Part shown: positions 36,745 to 49,222 of the stretch, piece after piece
Layout: every line of letters begins with the position of its first letter
Numbering within the stretch: the first letter of the stretch is position 1
Source of the DNA: Squalus acanthias
Taxonomy: Eukaryota
Assembly (NCBI GenBank): GCA_030390025.1
Contig: CM059432.1
Span: 310,001-374,000, forward strand
Direction: 5' to 3'
DNA length: 64,000 nucleotides
Translations under genes and position numbers: made by a program
The notes under the pieces: model-generated
What the model saw: only the letters and a program-made list of their open reading frames with translations
The model's database searches: none
Told to the model about the DNA's origin: nothing

Positions 36745-37950
36745 CGCTGGGAGTATGTTTCCCTTGGCTGGAACCAGGGGCCACAGCCTCAGGATGAAGG
36801 GTAGGTCATTCAGGACTGAGATGAGAAGAAATTTCTTCACACAGAGGGTGGTGAATCTTTGGAATTCTCTACTCCAGAGGGCTGTGGAGGCTCAGTCATT
36901 GGGTATATTCAAAACAGAAGCCGATAGATTTCTGACTAGTAAGGGCATCAAGGGATATGGCGATAGGGCCGGTGAATGGAGTTGAGGCAGAAGATCAGCC
37001 ATGATCTCATTGAATGGCGGAGCAGGCTCGAGGGGCCGAATGGCCGACTCCTGCTCCTATTTCTTATGTTCTTATGTATAAAGGGGCAGGATTATTTCAC
37101 TATTTTGGCTCAATATCAATCTTTTGATACATCCCAACATCTGTTTTGCTGTTTCATCCGGTGTTGGGTTGTGTCCATAGGACAATTGAGTATAAGATGA
37201 GGCATACTACTTTGTCCTTGTAAAAGACCTTAGTCAGGCCGCACTTGGAATACTGTGTCCAGCTTTGGTCTCCTCACATGGTGGGTGATATTGAGGCTTT
37301 GGGAGAGGGTGCAGAGGAGGGCCACTAGACTAATTCCCAGTCTAAAGCATCTTAGTTATCAAGATAGGCTAAAAGAGTTGGGAGTCTACACTTTAGAGAA
37401 GCGTAGATTTAGAGGGGATCTGATTGAGGTTTATAAGATAATGAAGGGAATAGATTGTGTTCCAGTTCACAGTTTGTTTCAATTAAATAGGTTAGGGAGG
37501 ACTGGGGTGACAAATTTAAATTGTATAAGGCTAGATCCAGGTTAAATGTCAGGAGGTGGGTCTTTTCCCAGAGAATAGTGGACCTCTGGAACAGGCTGCC
37601 GTCTCGTGCGGTGGATGCTGATTCGTGGAATTTCTTCAAGCGAGAGCTAGCCCTGTTTCTGGTTGGGGCGGAGATCACCTCTTACAGAAGGTAGGTACTG
37701 CAGGGAATTCAGGGCCAGAGTGATCTCCTGGACTAGTTTCGATCGCCTAGATGATTCGGAGAGGAATTTCCCAGATTTTTTCCCCTAAATTGGCCTGGGT
37801 TTTTAATCTTTTTCTTTGCCTTTCCCAGGAGATCACATGGTTTCGGGTAGGGTGGAGAGTGTATGTTGTGATACACAAGATATCGCAATTGTGTGGGACA
37901 GGCTCGAGGGACCAGAGGGTCTTTACCTGTCTGTCATTGTTCGTATGATC
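36745..37950 (+). mobile_element. Two tandem CR1 3' fragments of different subfamilies
   Basis: ORFs 36692..36985 and 37255..37545 carry CR1 C-terminal motifs and 3' tails. Confidence 0.8.
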
Positions 37951-38501
37951 GGATGCAAATTGGCTGCCGCGTTTCCTACATTACAACAGTGACCACACTT
38001 CAAAAAGTACTTCATTGGCTGTAAAGCGCTTTGGGACGTCCTGAGGTTGTGAACGGTGCTGTGGAAATGCAAGTCTGTCTCCCTGTAACTGCTATAAGGA
38101 ATCCTCCCTCCCCACTCCTTTCAGACAAGTGTCCTATTGGAGATTCTCCTCTATCTTTATTTCTTAGAAGGGGGGGGAGGGAAGGAGAGAGGCCACTGCA
38201 GATGTGTGGCCCCCACCTAGCTGGACCCACAGCCCGAGGACGATGGGGAGGAGAGGCTAGTCAGTACAGCAGGCCTTCTTCTAACTGAGCATCTGCTCAA
38301 AGGGGCCTCGTCGGTGTCAGCATATCAATGCCACATCCGGACTGCAACCAGAGCAATGTCTGCACAAACAACTTTTGAGCAAGCTCCATTTCCATCCAAA
38401 CCCACAGCTTGTGACTACGCACTGCTTCTCACCACAGTACTTCCTCTTTGCTGCTAGTTGCTGATGGCATACAACCTTAACGCTAACCTAGTGCTCCACA
38501 G

Positions 38502-39799
38502 TGTCAGCCGTGGCTCAGTGGATAGCACTCTCCACTCGGAGTCAGAGGGTCGTGAGTTCAATCCCCCTCCAGAGGATTGAGCACGCAATCCCACCGCAAT
38601 AATGAGCGAGTGCCGCACTGTCAGAGGGGCAGTACTGAGGGAGGGCCGCACTGTCGGAGGGGCAGTACTGAGGGAGCGCCGCACTGTCGGTGGGTCAGTA
38701 CTGAGGGAGTGCCGCACTGTCAGAGGGGCAGTACTGAGGGAGCGCCGCGCTGTCGGTGGGTCAGTACTGAGGGAGTGCCGCACTGTTGGAGGGGCAGTAC
38801 TGAGGGAGCGCCGCACTGTCGGAGGAGCAGTACTGAGGGAGCGCTGCACTGTCGGAGGAGCAGTACTGAGGGAGCGCCGCACTGTCAGAGGGGCAGTACT
38901 GAGGGAGCACCGCACTGTCAGAGGGGCAGTACTGAGGGAGCGCCGCACTGTCAGAGGGGCAGTACTGAGGGAGTGCTGCACTATCAGAGGGGCAGTACTG
39001 AGGGAGTGCTGCACTGTCGGAGGGGCAGTACTGAGGGAGCGCCGCACTGTCAGAGGGGCAGTACTGAGGGAGTGCTGCACTGTCGGAGGGGCAGTACTGA
39101 GGGAGCGCTGCACTGTCAGAGGGGCAGTACTGAGGGAGTGCTGCACTGTCAGAGGGGCAGTACTGAGGGAGCGCTGCACTGTCGGAGGGACAGTACTGAG
39201 GGAGCGCTGCACTGTCGGAGGGGCAGTACTGAGGGAGCGCCGCACTGTCGGAGGGCAGTACTGAGGGAGCGCTGCACTGTCGGAGGGGCAGTACTGAGGG
39301 AGCGCCTCCCTGTCGGAGGGGCAGTGCTGAGGGAGCGCCGCACTGTCAGAGGGGCAGTACTGAGGGAGTTCCACACTGTCGGAGGGGCAGTACTGAGGGA
39401 GTTCCGCACTGTCGGATGGTCAGTACTGAGGGAGTTCCGCATGGTCGGAGGGGCAGTACTGAGGGAGCGCCGCACTGTCAGAGGTGCCGTCTTTGGGATT
39501 AGACGTTAAACCGAGGCCCCTTCTGTTCTCTCAGGTGGATGTAAAAGATCCCATGGCACTATAGCAAAGAAGAGCAGGGGAGTTCTCCCCGGTGTCCTGG
39601 GCCCAATATTTATCACTAAAACAGATGATCTGGTCTTCATCACATTGCTGTTTGTGGGAGCTTGCTGTGCACAAATTGGCTGCTACATTTCCTACATTAC
39701 AACAGTGACTACTCTCCAAAAGTACTTCATTGGCTGTGAAGCATTTTGGGACGTCCTGTCCTGAGGTTGCGAAAGGCGCTATAGAAATGCAAGTTCTTT
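38502..39799 (+). mobile_element. Complete DeuSINE-type SINE with an internal 33-bp array
   Basis: tRNA head gtcagccgtggctcagtgg...gagttcaatcc, then the array, then gtgccgtctttgg...aaaccgaggcccc and an L2-type tail. Confidence 0.85.
38602..39482 (+). repeat. 33-bp minisatellite, about 27 units, same unit as 15706-19142
   Basis: Read directly. Confidence 0.97.
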
Positions 39800-39907
39800 G
39801 ATTGTAGCTTTTTAGTATAGTTTTCCCCTAAAGCAATACATAACAAATCAATAACTTCGGAAGTGCAGTCACATCTGTACACACCACAGCCACAAACTGC
39901 AAATGAA

Positions 39908-40519
39908 TTTATTTTTATTCAATCCTGGATCTGGGCGTCGCTGGCAAGGCCGCCATTTATTGCCCATCCCTAATTGCCCTTGAGAAGGTGGTGGTGAGCT
40001 GCCTTCTTGAACCGCTGCAGTCCGTGTGGTGAAGTTGCTCCCACAGTGCTGTTAGGGAGCGAGTTCCAGGATTTTGATCCAGCGACGATGAAAGAACGGC
40101 CGATATATTTCCAAGTCAGGATGGTGTGTGACTTGGATGGGAACTTGGAGGTGGTGGCGTTCCCTTGCGCCTGCTGCCCTTGTCCTTCTAGTTGGTAGAG
40201 GTCGTGGGTTTGGGAGGTGCTGTCAAAGAAGCCTTGGCGAGTTGCTGTAGTGCATCTTGTAGATGGTACACACTGCAGCCATGGTACGCTGGTGGTGGAG
40301 GGAGTGAATGTTTAAGGTGGTGGATGGGGGGCGAATAAAGCGGACTGCTTTGTCCTGGATGGTGTCGAGCCTCTTGAGTGTTGTTGGAGCTGCACTCATC
40401 CAGGCAAGTGGAGAGTATTCCATCACACTCCTGACTTGTGCCTTGTAAATAGTGGAAAGGCTTTGGAGAGTCAGGAGGTGAGACACTCGCCGCAGAATAC
40501 CCAGCCTCTGACCTGCTCT
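39908..40519 (-). mobile_element. Family A (Zenon-like CR1) 3' end
   Basis: ORF 40223..40588 contains RAGQRLGILRRV and SLHHQRTMAAVCTIYKMH; 3' UTR as at about 4600-4770. Confidence 0.85.
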
Positions 40520-41685
40520 TAAGAACATAAGAACATAAGAATTAGGAGCAGGAGTAGGCCATATGGCCCCTCGAGTCTGCTCCGCCATTCAATGAGATCA
40601 TGGCTGATCATCGACCTCGACTCCACTTTCCCGCCCGATCTCCATATCCCTTGATTCCCCTAGAGTCCAAAAATCTATCGATCTCAGCCTTGAATATACT
40701 CAAAGACTCAGCATTCACAGCCCTCTGGGGCAGAGAATTCCAAAGATTCACAGCCCTCTGAGTGAAGAAATTCCTCCTCATCTCAGTCTGAAATGGCCGA
40801 CCCCTTATCCTGAGACTATGCCCCCTAGTTCTAGACACTCCAGCCTGGGGAAACAACCTCTCAGCATCTACCCTGTCAATCTCCTTCAGAATCTTGTATG
40901 TTTCAATGAGATCACCTCTCATTCTTCTAAACTCCAGAGAGTATAGGCCCATTCTACACAATCTCTCATCATAGGACAGCCCTCTCATCCCAGGAATCAA
41001 TCTAGTGAACCTTCGTTGCACCGCCTCCAAGGCAAGTACATCCTTCCTTAGATAAGGAGACCAAAACTGTGCACAGTACTCCAGGTGTGGTCTCACCAAG
41101 GCCCTGTACAATTGTAGCAAGACTTCCTTACTCTTATACTCCAACCCCCTTGCAATAAAGGCCAACATGCCATTTGCCTTCCTTATTGCTTGCTGTACCT
41201 GCATGCTAGCTTTCTGTGTTTCTTGCACGAGGACACCCAAATCTCTCTGAACACCAACATTTGAAAGTTTCTCACCATTTAAAAAATATCCTGTTTTTCT
41301 ATTCTTCCTACCAAAGTGAATAACCTCACATTTCTCTACATTATATTCCATCTGCCATCTTACTGCCCACTCACTTAGTCTGTCTATATCCCTTTGCAGA
41401 CTCTTTGGGCTGGATTTTGTCAATGGGTCGGGCTAGGGTCATGTCAGGTGGAAATCGTGGTCTCCACCCGACTCCAATTGGATGTGGGGATAAGAATGGA
41501 TTTTCCCCTAATTGGGCAATTGATTTCCTGCGTGTGGGAACCCTGGCCCAATTAGTTTTTCCAGTCTGAAAGTCGGGTCCGATGACGTCATCATTGCTGC
41601 TGCATTTAAGGTCTGCAAGAAGCCTTGCTTCTTCTGCAGACTGCCAAGCTTTCTGTATTAGCAACCACACGAAAGTAGTAGCAAA

Positions 41686-43840
41686 ATGAGTTTCAACAGA
41701 CCTAAGTCTGCTCCGAGATTCGAGGACGTCGCCCTGCAAGCTTTGATAGAGGGAGCAGGAGCTAACAAAGAGGAGCTCTTCTCTTCCTCGGGAAGAAGAA
41801 GCCTCCCCAACAGACAAAGGCTGTGTGGCTTCAAGTGGCCCAGGAGGCTTCCTCCTTGGCGCAGATACCCCGGACCTGGCTTCAGTGTAGGAAGAGGTTC
41901 CATGACCTTATACGCACTGGAAAAGTGAGTATGACTTTCCCATCACCCTCAATCTCATCCCCATTGCCTCTCCTCTCCAGCACTCAGCTTTGACAACCTC
42001 TTCCGCCACATCCCACTTGACACTGACATTCCTGCCCCCTTACCCATTCCCTCTCTCTGTATGTTCACATTCACCTAACTATTCGACTATGCAGCCCTCA
42101 CACTTCCTATCACTGTGTTGCTATGACAACAACTTACAACGCACAGGGAGGGCCCTTGGTCTTGCCACCTCACTCCATCTTTGTCTCCTTCTAAGCATCT
42201 ATGCTATGGATTCTCTACACTCACTCCTTCATTCTCACTCAAACTCCACTTGTCTCCCTCATTGCAGGAAAAGAGAGCCCACAATAAAGAATTCAAGAAG
42301 GAGTTAGATATATTTCTTAAGGCTAAAGGTATCAAGGGATATGGGGAGAAGGCAGGGACAGGGTACTGAATTTGGATGATCAGCCATGATCTAATTGAAT
42401 GGCGGAGCAGGCTCGAGGGGCTGAATGGCCTACTCCTGCTCCTATCTTCTATGTAAAAGGGAACGAGCGAGGACAGGAGGAGGGCCACCCTCCATAGCCC
42501 AGATCACGACTTGGGAGGAGGCGGCCCTGCAGATAGTCGGGGTCGAGGACGATGCGCAAGTGGGGGACGGACAGACGGGTGCAGCCGAGCAAGCTGGTGA
42601 CAGAAGAGCTTTTCATCTCTCTCATTGGCATTGCATGGGTCGCTGATAATGAATCTGATGCTCTAACAGATTGACTTATGATCATCTGCAATATTCAATG
42701 TGCATGTAACCTTGGCCTCACATCTCTGACTCTTTCCTTTACTCCCCCACAGGACCATCGCAAGCCCTCGTCCCCACTATCCAGGAGAAACATCCGGAAC
42801 CTCCAGACTCCTCAGAGGAAGCTGCAACCTCTGAGGGCGCAGCATCAGCAGAACTAAGCGCACCCAGCACCAGCGCAGACACTCACACCTCGGTGGGACC
42901 CTCGGGACATAGAGTAGTGTTGTCACCTGGTGTATCACAGCTCACAAGTGAGCATCAGCAGATGGTGAGACAGGGACAGCAGTGGAGAGTCCTCGTCGGA
43001 GGGCGCAGGACTCTGCCAGCTCGGCTCAGCTGCATGTCGACCCTCTGCCTCTGGGTCCATCCAGAAGGAGAGCGGTGCTGGAACTCCAGGAACAGGTGCA
43101 GGAGTCTCTGGCAGGTTTTGTCTCCAGGGTCGCTGCGAGGAGTCCATCGCGAACATGAGCAGAGCCTTTGTGGAGGCGTTGGCGCATGAGCGCATCACCA
43201 CGGAAAGGATGGCAACCTACGTGGAAAGGATGTCTACCTCCATGGTAAGGCTGACTACCGTAGAGGAGAGGATGGCAACGGTAGAGGAGAGGATGGCTAC
43301 GTCCATGGAGGAGCTTAGTCGCCAGGGTATGGAAACCATGGTAATTGTTCAGAATAGAATGACATCTCTTGAGGAGTGATGGTCAGCTATTGAGCAATCA
43401 AACCAGACCTTCAGGCAAGTCCTCGCCAGTAGGACTTCCAGTACAGAAACGGGTCCTAATGGCCCCCCTGAAGTGCTGCAAGGTGCTGTCCAGCCACTTG
43501 CTAGCTCTGAAGTGGGGCTGACCCATGAGAGGGATGTTGGTGGCAGAGAACAAGGAAGTGGGGCTCCTCTCCAAGCATTCACACGACCATGCCACTGCAA
43601 AGTCCTCGGTCAGAGCCCCACCAGAGTCTTCACCCAACTGAGATCGGCGTCTCAACCCCTGCCCAGCCGCAGGAGCAGCAGACTGTTGGCGAGCCCTCAC
43701 AGGCTCGCAACCCCAGAGGACGGCCGCCAAAGGAGTCGAGACAGGAGCAGCAAGAAAGTGAGCAAGGGCCTCCACATCTGCTGAAGCCACAGGGGAACCA
43801 CCACATAGGAGCACGCGTAAGAGAAAGATACTGCACAAAT
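41686..43840 (+). pseudogene. Harbinger Myb/SANT-like partner, 3 exons, frameshifted, with a CR1 tail inserted at about 42290-42453
   Basis: MSFNRPKSAPRFEDVALQALIE...WLQVA...RTWLQCRKRFHDL. Donor at 41925, acceptor at 42267, exon 2 EKRAHNKRERARTGGGPP, donor at 42597, acceptor at 42752. Confidence 0.82.
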
Positions 43841-44087
43841 AGTCACAAGGGTGAAATGTTACGTTTATTGTGGACAAGCCATCTGTCGTTTCATGTAAAT
43901 AAAAAATCAGATGGCAACTGGTGCCCTTGTAGCGTTTGTCATATCGTTGATGGGACTTCCACATTGAGGGCTTAGGATGACTTGCACTTGTCAGTATGGT
44001 GCTCAGAGTGCTAAGAATCCGCTGGTTCTTGGCCATTGTCGATGCTCTGGTAAGAAGCTGCGAGTCCGAAATGCTTGATTGGCTAGG

Positions 44088-45321
44088 CTAAGCAAATCTG
44101 GACAGGATGAGTGCGTTCCTTGCATCCCGGGCAGCAATGTGCTCGCGTACTCCTGCCGCTGGTTGATGCGCCTCTGCAGGATGACCGTTGTCGCCCTCCT
44201 CCTCCTCCTCCTTGTCATCTGAGGAGGCTATGTGACGAGCCACTTGGTCCTCAGGAATCTGCAGGCCACGACGCTGTGCCATGTTGTGAAGTGCACAGCA
44301 AACCACGACGATTCTGGAGACCCTGGCTGCTGAGTACTGCAGGGCTCCACCTGATCTATCCAGGCATCTGAAGCGCATCTTTAGCAAGCCGATGGTTTGC
44401 TCGATTATGGATCTGTTGGAAATGTGGCTGGAGTTGTAGCTCTCCTCAGCCTCGTTGGATAGGCTCCTCAACGGCGTCATTAGCCACATCCTCAGGGGAT
44501 AGCCCTTGTCTCCAAGTAGCCATCCGTTAAGTTGGTCTGGCGGACTGAAGAGCGGAGGCACACTAGACTGGCGCAGGATGAAGGAGTCATGGCAACTGCC
44601 AGGGTACTTGGCGCAAACATGCAAAATTTCCTTCTTGTGGTCACACACCAACTGCACGTTGAGGGAGTGGAAGCCCTTGCAGTTGACAAAAATACCTGGA
44701 TTGCGATGGGGTGCCTTAAGGGCCACATGTGTGCAGTCCACGACACCCTGCACCCTTGGAAAGTCTGCCAGATGAGCAAATCCAACCGCACACGCTGTGA
44801 CACTTGGTCGATCCTTGGAGAAATGGATGTGATTGTGAGCGAGGGCAAAGATGGCATCGGTTACCTGCGTGATGCAGGTGTGTGCGCCCGCCTGCGAGAT
44901 GCCGCTGATGTCTGCAGCTGATCCCTGGAATGAGCCTGTGGCAAAAAAGTTGAGTGCGGTGGTGACCTTGACGGCCACTGGTAAGGGGTGTCCACCTGCT
45001 CCTCTGGGCTGCAGGTCTCGCTGGACCATTGCGCAGATGTCACCCACTGCCTCCTGCGAAAGTCGGAGCCGCCTTTGGCACTGCTGATCAGTCATACTGA
45101 GGTAGCTGACCCTGTGTCTGTACACCCTGTTTGGGGGGGTATCTCCTGTGCCGTCATGCTTCCAAGTGCTGGCGCCCTCTGGCCTGTGCAGCTTCAGGTG
45201 GGTGAGTAGCAGCTTGGAGCTGCTGCTGTTGGTGCTGCTGTTGGTCACGGTTCGGCTGCTGCCGCGGCTGCTCCTCATCCTCATCGGATGTCCAGGAGGA
45301 AAGGAAGGTAATGGTACCCAT
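44088..45321 (-). pseudogene. Harbinger DDE transposase; catalytic region in one open frame, N-terminus probably frameshifted
   Basis: ORF 44088..45284 has [41 protein letters not shown] and CCALHN. The likely true ATG at 45321 is out of frame and followed by a TGA. Confidence 0.88.
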
Positions 45322-46795
45322 GCTTCTGGTATATGCCTCAGTTGAGGAAGCGCTCAGTGAAGGTGGCGAGAGGGGTTTCCCAGGAGTTCACACTGGAGAT
45401 GGGTGTCAGGCTCCAAACTTCCACAACACTGAGTATGGCTGATAAAAGTTCCCCCAGACCTGAGACAGCAAAGTTCTGCCACCTGCAAATGATGATTGCT
45501 CAAAACTCCCTTTTAATGGTGGAGCTACAGCTGAAAGTCAGCTATCCAAATGAGAAACGGCCAGGTTTCACCGTCGTGGTTCAGAGGACGCGTGCTTCAC
45601 GTGGAAACAGGGTTAAACTCACAAAGGGCTGTCAAAATGGCATTTTAGAGGCTCTTAAGTGGCTGTTAAGGGCCTTAAAAGCCTATCCCGCCTCTTGGAG
45701 GCAGGACGGAGTCGGGATCGGAAACCCCCGATTTTGGAAAATTGCTCGGAGGAGGGATGGAGGCGGGACCGTGGCCGCCCGCCATTTTTTGCTATTTTAA
45801 CTCCCCACACGCCTCCATTCCCGCCTCCTCGGGCTTAGCAAAATCCAGCCCTTTGCGTTCTCCTCACAGCTTCCTGTCCCACCTAGCTTTGTATCATCAG
45901 CAAACTTGGATATGTTACACTCGGTCCCTTCATCTAGGTCATTAATATAGATTGTAAATAACTGAGGCCCCAACACTGATCCTTGCGGCACCCCACTAGT
46001 TATAGCCTGCCAACCTGAAAAAGATCCATTTATCTCGACTCTCTGTTTTCTGTCCGTTAACCAATCCTCTATCCATGCTACTATATTACCCCAAACCCGT
46101 GAGCCCTAATCTTGTGTAATAACCTTTTATGTGGCACCTTATCGAATGCTTTTTGGAAATCCAAATATACTACATCCACTGGTTCCTCTTTATCTACCCT
46201 GCTAGTTACATCCTCAAAAAACTCTAATAAATTTGTCAAGCACGATTTCCCTTTCATAAAACCATGCTGACTCTGCCTAATCATGTTATGATTTTCTAAG
46301 TGACTTGATACCACTTCCTTAACAATGGATTCCAGCATTTTCCCAACGACTGATGTCAGGCTAACTGGCCTGTAGTTCCCTGTTTTTTCTCTCTCGCTCC
46401 TTTCTTGAATAACGGTGCTACATTTGCGACCTTCCAATCCACTGGGACCGTTCTAGAATCTAGGGAATTTTGGAAGATCAAAACCAATGCATCCACTATC
46501 TCTTCAGCCACCTCTTTTAGAACCCTAGGATGTAGGTTGTCAGGTCCAGGGAATTTGTCGGCTTTTAGTCCCATTAGTTTCTCTAGTACTTTTTCTCTAC
46601 TTATATTAATTACATTAAGTTCCTCACCCTCATTAGACCCATTTATGGTCTGCTTTTTGTGTCTTCTACTGTGAAGACAGATACAAAATATTTGTTTAAC
46701 GTTAATGTCATTTCCTTATTCCCCATAACAATTTCTCCTGTCTCAGCCTCTAAGGGACCAATGCTTATTTTTGCTACTCTCTTCCTTTTTACATA

Positions 46796-46999
46796 AATGA
46801 GAAGTCGCACAACACCAGGTTATAGTCCAACAGATTTATTTAATTTTACAAGCTTTCGGAGCTGTCGCTCCTTCCTGACAAAGGAGCGACAGCTCCGAAA
46901 GCTTGTAAAATTAAATAAATCTGTTGGACTATAACCTGGTGTTGTGCGACTTCTCATTTTTGTCCACCCCAGTCCAACGCCGGCATCTCCACATCATGA
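46796..46999 (+). mobile_element. Penelope-like pLTR fragment forming a 79-bp perfect inverted repeat, with a degenerate hammerhead motif
   Basis: Arms at 46795-46873 and 46881-46959. Motif CTGACAA a GGAGC gaca GCTCC GAAA gctt. 11-bp flanking duplication ctttttacata (46785-46795 and 47000-47010). Confidence 0.75.
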
Positions 47000-47176
47000 C
47001 TTTTTACATACTTATAGAAGCTCTTACAATCTGCTTTTATATTGCTTGCTAGTTTTCTCTCATATTCTATTTTTTCACTTTTTATCAATTTTTTGGTCAT
47101 CCTTTGGTGGTTTCTGAAACTCTCACAATCCTCAGGCTTACTATTATTCTTTGCAACATTATAAGCTTCTTCTTTC

Positions 47177-49222
47177 ATATAGATTGGGCTAACCAAATTA
47201 GTAACAATACTGTGGAGGAGGAATTCCTAGAGTGTATACGGGATGGTTTCCTGGACCAATATGTCGAGGAACCAACTAGAAACCAGGCCATCTTAGACTG
47301 GGTATTATGTAATGAGAAAGGATTAATTAGCAATCTTGTTGTGCGAGGCCCCTTGGGGCGGAGCGATCATAATATGATTGAATTCTTCATTAAGATGGAG
47401 AATGAAATAGTTGACTCAGAGACTAGGGTCCTGAATTTAAATAAAGGAAACTACGATGGTATGAGGCGCGAGTTGGGTAGGATAGATTGGGGAATGTTAC
47501 TCAAAGGGTTGACGGTGGATAGTCAATGGCAAACATTCAAAGATCGCATGGATGAACTACAGAATTTGTTCATCCCTGTCTGGCATAAAAATAAAACAAA
47601 AAAGGTGACTCAACCATGGCTGACAAGGGAAATTAGGGATAGCATAAGATCCAAGGAGAGGGCATATAAATTGGCCAGAAAAAGCAGCAAACCTGAGGAT
47701 TGGGAGCAGTTTAGGATTCAGCAAAGGAGGACAAAGGGATTAATTAAGAGGGGGAAAATAGAGTACGAGCGTAAGCTTGCAGGGAACATAAAAACTGACT
47801 GTAAAAGCTTTTATAAATATGTGAAGAGAAAAAGATTGGTGAAGTCAAGCGTAGGTCCCTTGCAGTCAGAATCAGGGGAATTTATAATGGGGAACAAAGA
47901 AATGGCAGCCCAATTAAATACATATTTTGGCTCTGTCTTCACAAAGGAGAACACAAATAACCTCCCAGAGATGTCGGGGAACATAGGGTCTAATGAGAGG
48001 GAGGAACTGAATGAAATCAGTATTTGTAGGGAAATGGTGTTAGGGAAATTGACGGCATTAAAGGCCAATAAATCCCCAGGGCCTGATAATCTACATCCTA
48101 GGGTACTTAAGGAAGTGGCCCTAGAAATAGTAGATGCATTGCTGGTCATCTTCCAAAATTCTATAGACCCTGGAACAGTTCCCATGGATTGGAGGGTAGC
48201 TAATGTAACCCCACTATTCAAAAAAGGTGGCAAAGAAAAAACGGGGAATTATAGACCGGTAAGTCTGACATCGGTAGTGGGGAAAATGCTAGAGTCCATT
48301 ATAAAAGATGTAATAGCAGAGCACTTGGAAAACAGTGACAGGATTGGACAAAGTCAACATGGATTTACAAAAGGTAAATCGTGCTTGACTAATCTCCTGG
48401 AATTTTTTGAGGATGTAACTGATAGAATAGATAAGGGAAAACCAGAGGATGTGGTGTATTTGGACTTTCAGAAGCTTTCGATAAGGTCCCGCATAAGAGA
48501 TTAGTGTGTAAAGTTAAGGCACATGGGATTGGGGGCATGGTACTGACTTGGATAGAGAACTGGTTGGCAGACAGGAAGCAAAGAGTTGGAATAAACGGGT
48601 CTTTTTCCGAGTGGCAGGCAGTGACTAGTGGGGTTCCGCAGGGATCGGTGCTAGGACCCCAGCTATTCACTATATATATTAATGATCTAGACGAGGGAAC
48701 TAGATGTAATATCTCCAAGTTTGCAGATGATACAAAGCTGGGTGGGCGTGTGTGCTGCGAGGAGGATGCCGAGAAACTCCAGTATGATTTGGACAGGTTG
48801 GGTGATTGGGCAGAAGCATGGCAGAATCAATATAATGTGGATAAATGCGAGGTTATCCACTTTGGTGGCAAAAACAGAAAGGCAGATTATTATCTGAACA
48901 GCAATAGATTGGGAAAAGGGGAAGTGCAATGAGACCTGGGTGTCCTTGTGCACCAGTCGCTGAAGGTAACCATGCAGGTGCAGCAGGCGGTTAAGAAGGC
49001 AAATGGTATGTTGGCCTTCATAGCGAGAGGATTCGAGTACAGGAGCAAGGATGTCTTGCTGCAGCTGTACAGGGCCTTGGTGAGACCACACCTTGAGTAT
49101 TGTGTGCAGTTTTGGTCGCCTTATCTGAGGAAGGATGTTCTTGCCATGGAGGGTGTGCAGCGAAGATTTACCAGACTGATACCTGGGATGGCAGGAATGA
49201 CGTATGAGGAGAGATTGGGTCG
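47177..49222 (+). mobile_element. CR1 (family B), truncated at both ends
   Basis: ORFs 47104..48504, 48504..48932 and 48948..49271; nearly identical to 30045-31880. Confidence 0.92.

Larger units (their letters stand above)
41407..45851. mobile_element. PIF/Harbinger DNA transposon (two-gene)
   Basis: Perfect 13-bp TIRs gggctggattttg and caaaatccagccc. TTT TSD at 41404-41406 and 45852-45854. Confidence 0.95.
40520..47176 (-). mobile_element. CR1 LINE split by a Harbinger (41407-45851) and a Penelope-like palindrome (46796-46999)
   Basis: ORFs 40608..41423, 45797..45991, 46081..46437 and 46356..46574. The frame CEENAK|SLQRDIDRL is restored when the Harbinger is removed. Confidence 0.9.

Noticed and set aside
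44088..45284. Host HARBI1 gene (and NAIF1 for the Myb ORFs)
   Set aside because: It lies between TIRs with a TSD inside a CR1, is paired with a disrupted Myb gene and has a frameshifted N-terminus, so it is a transposon copy.
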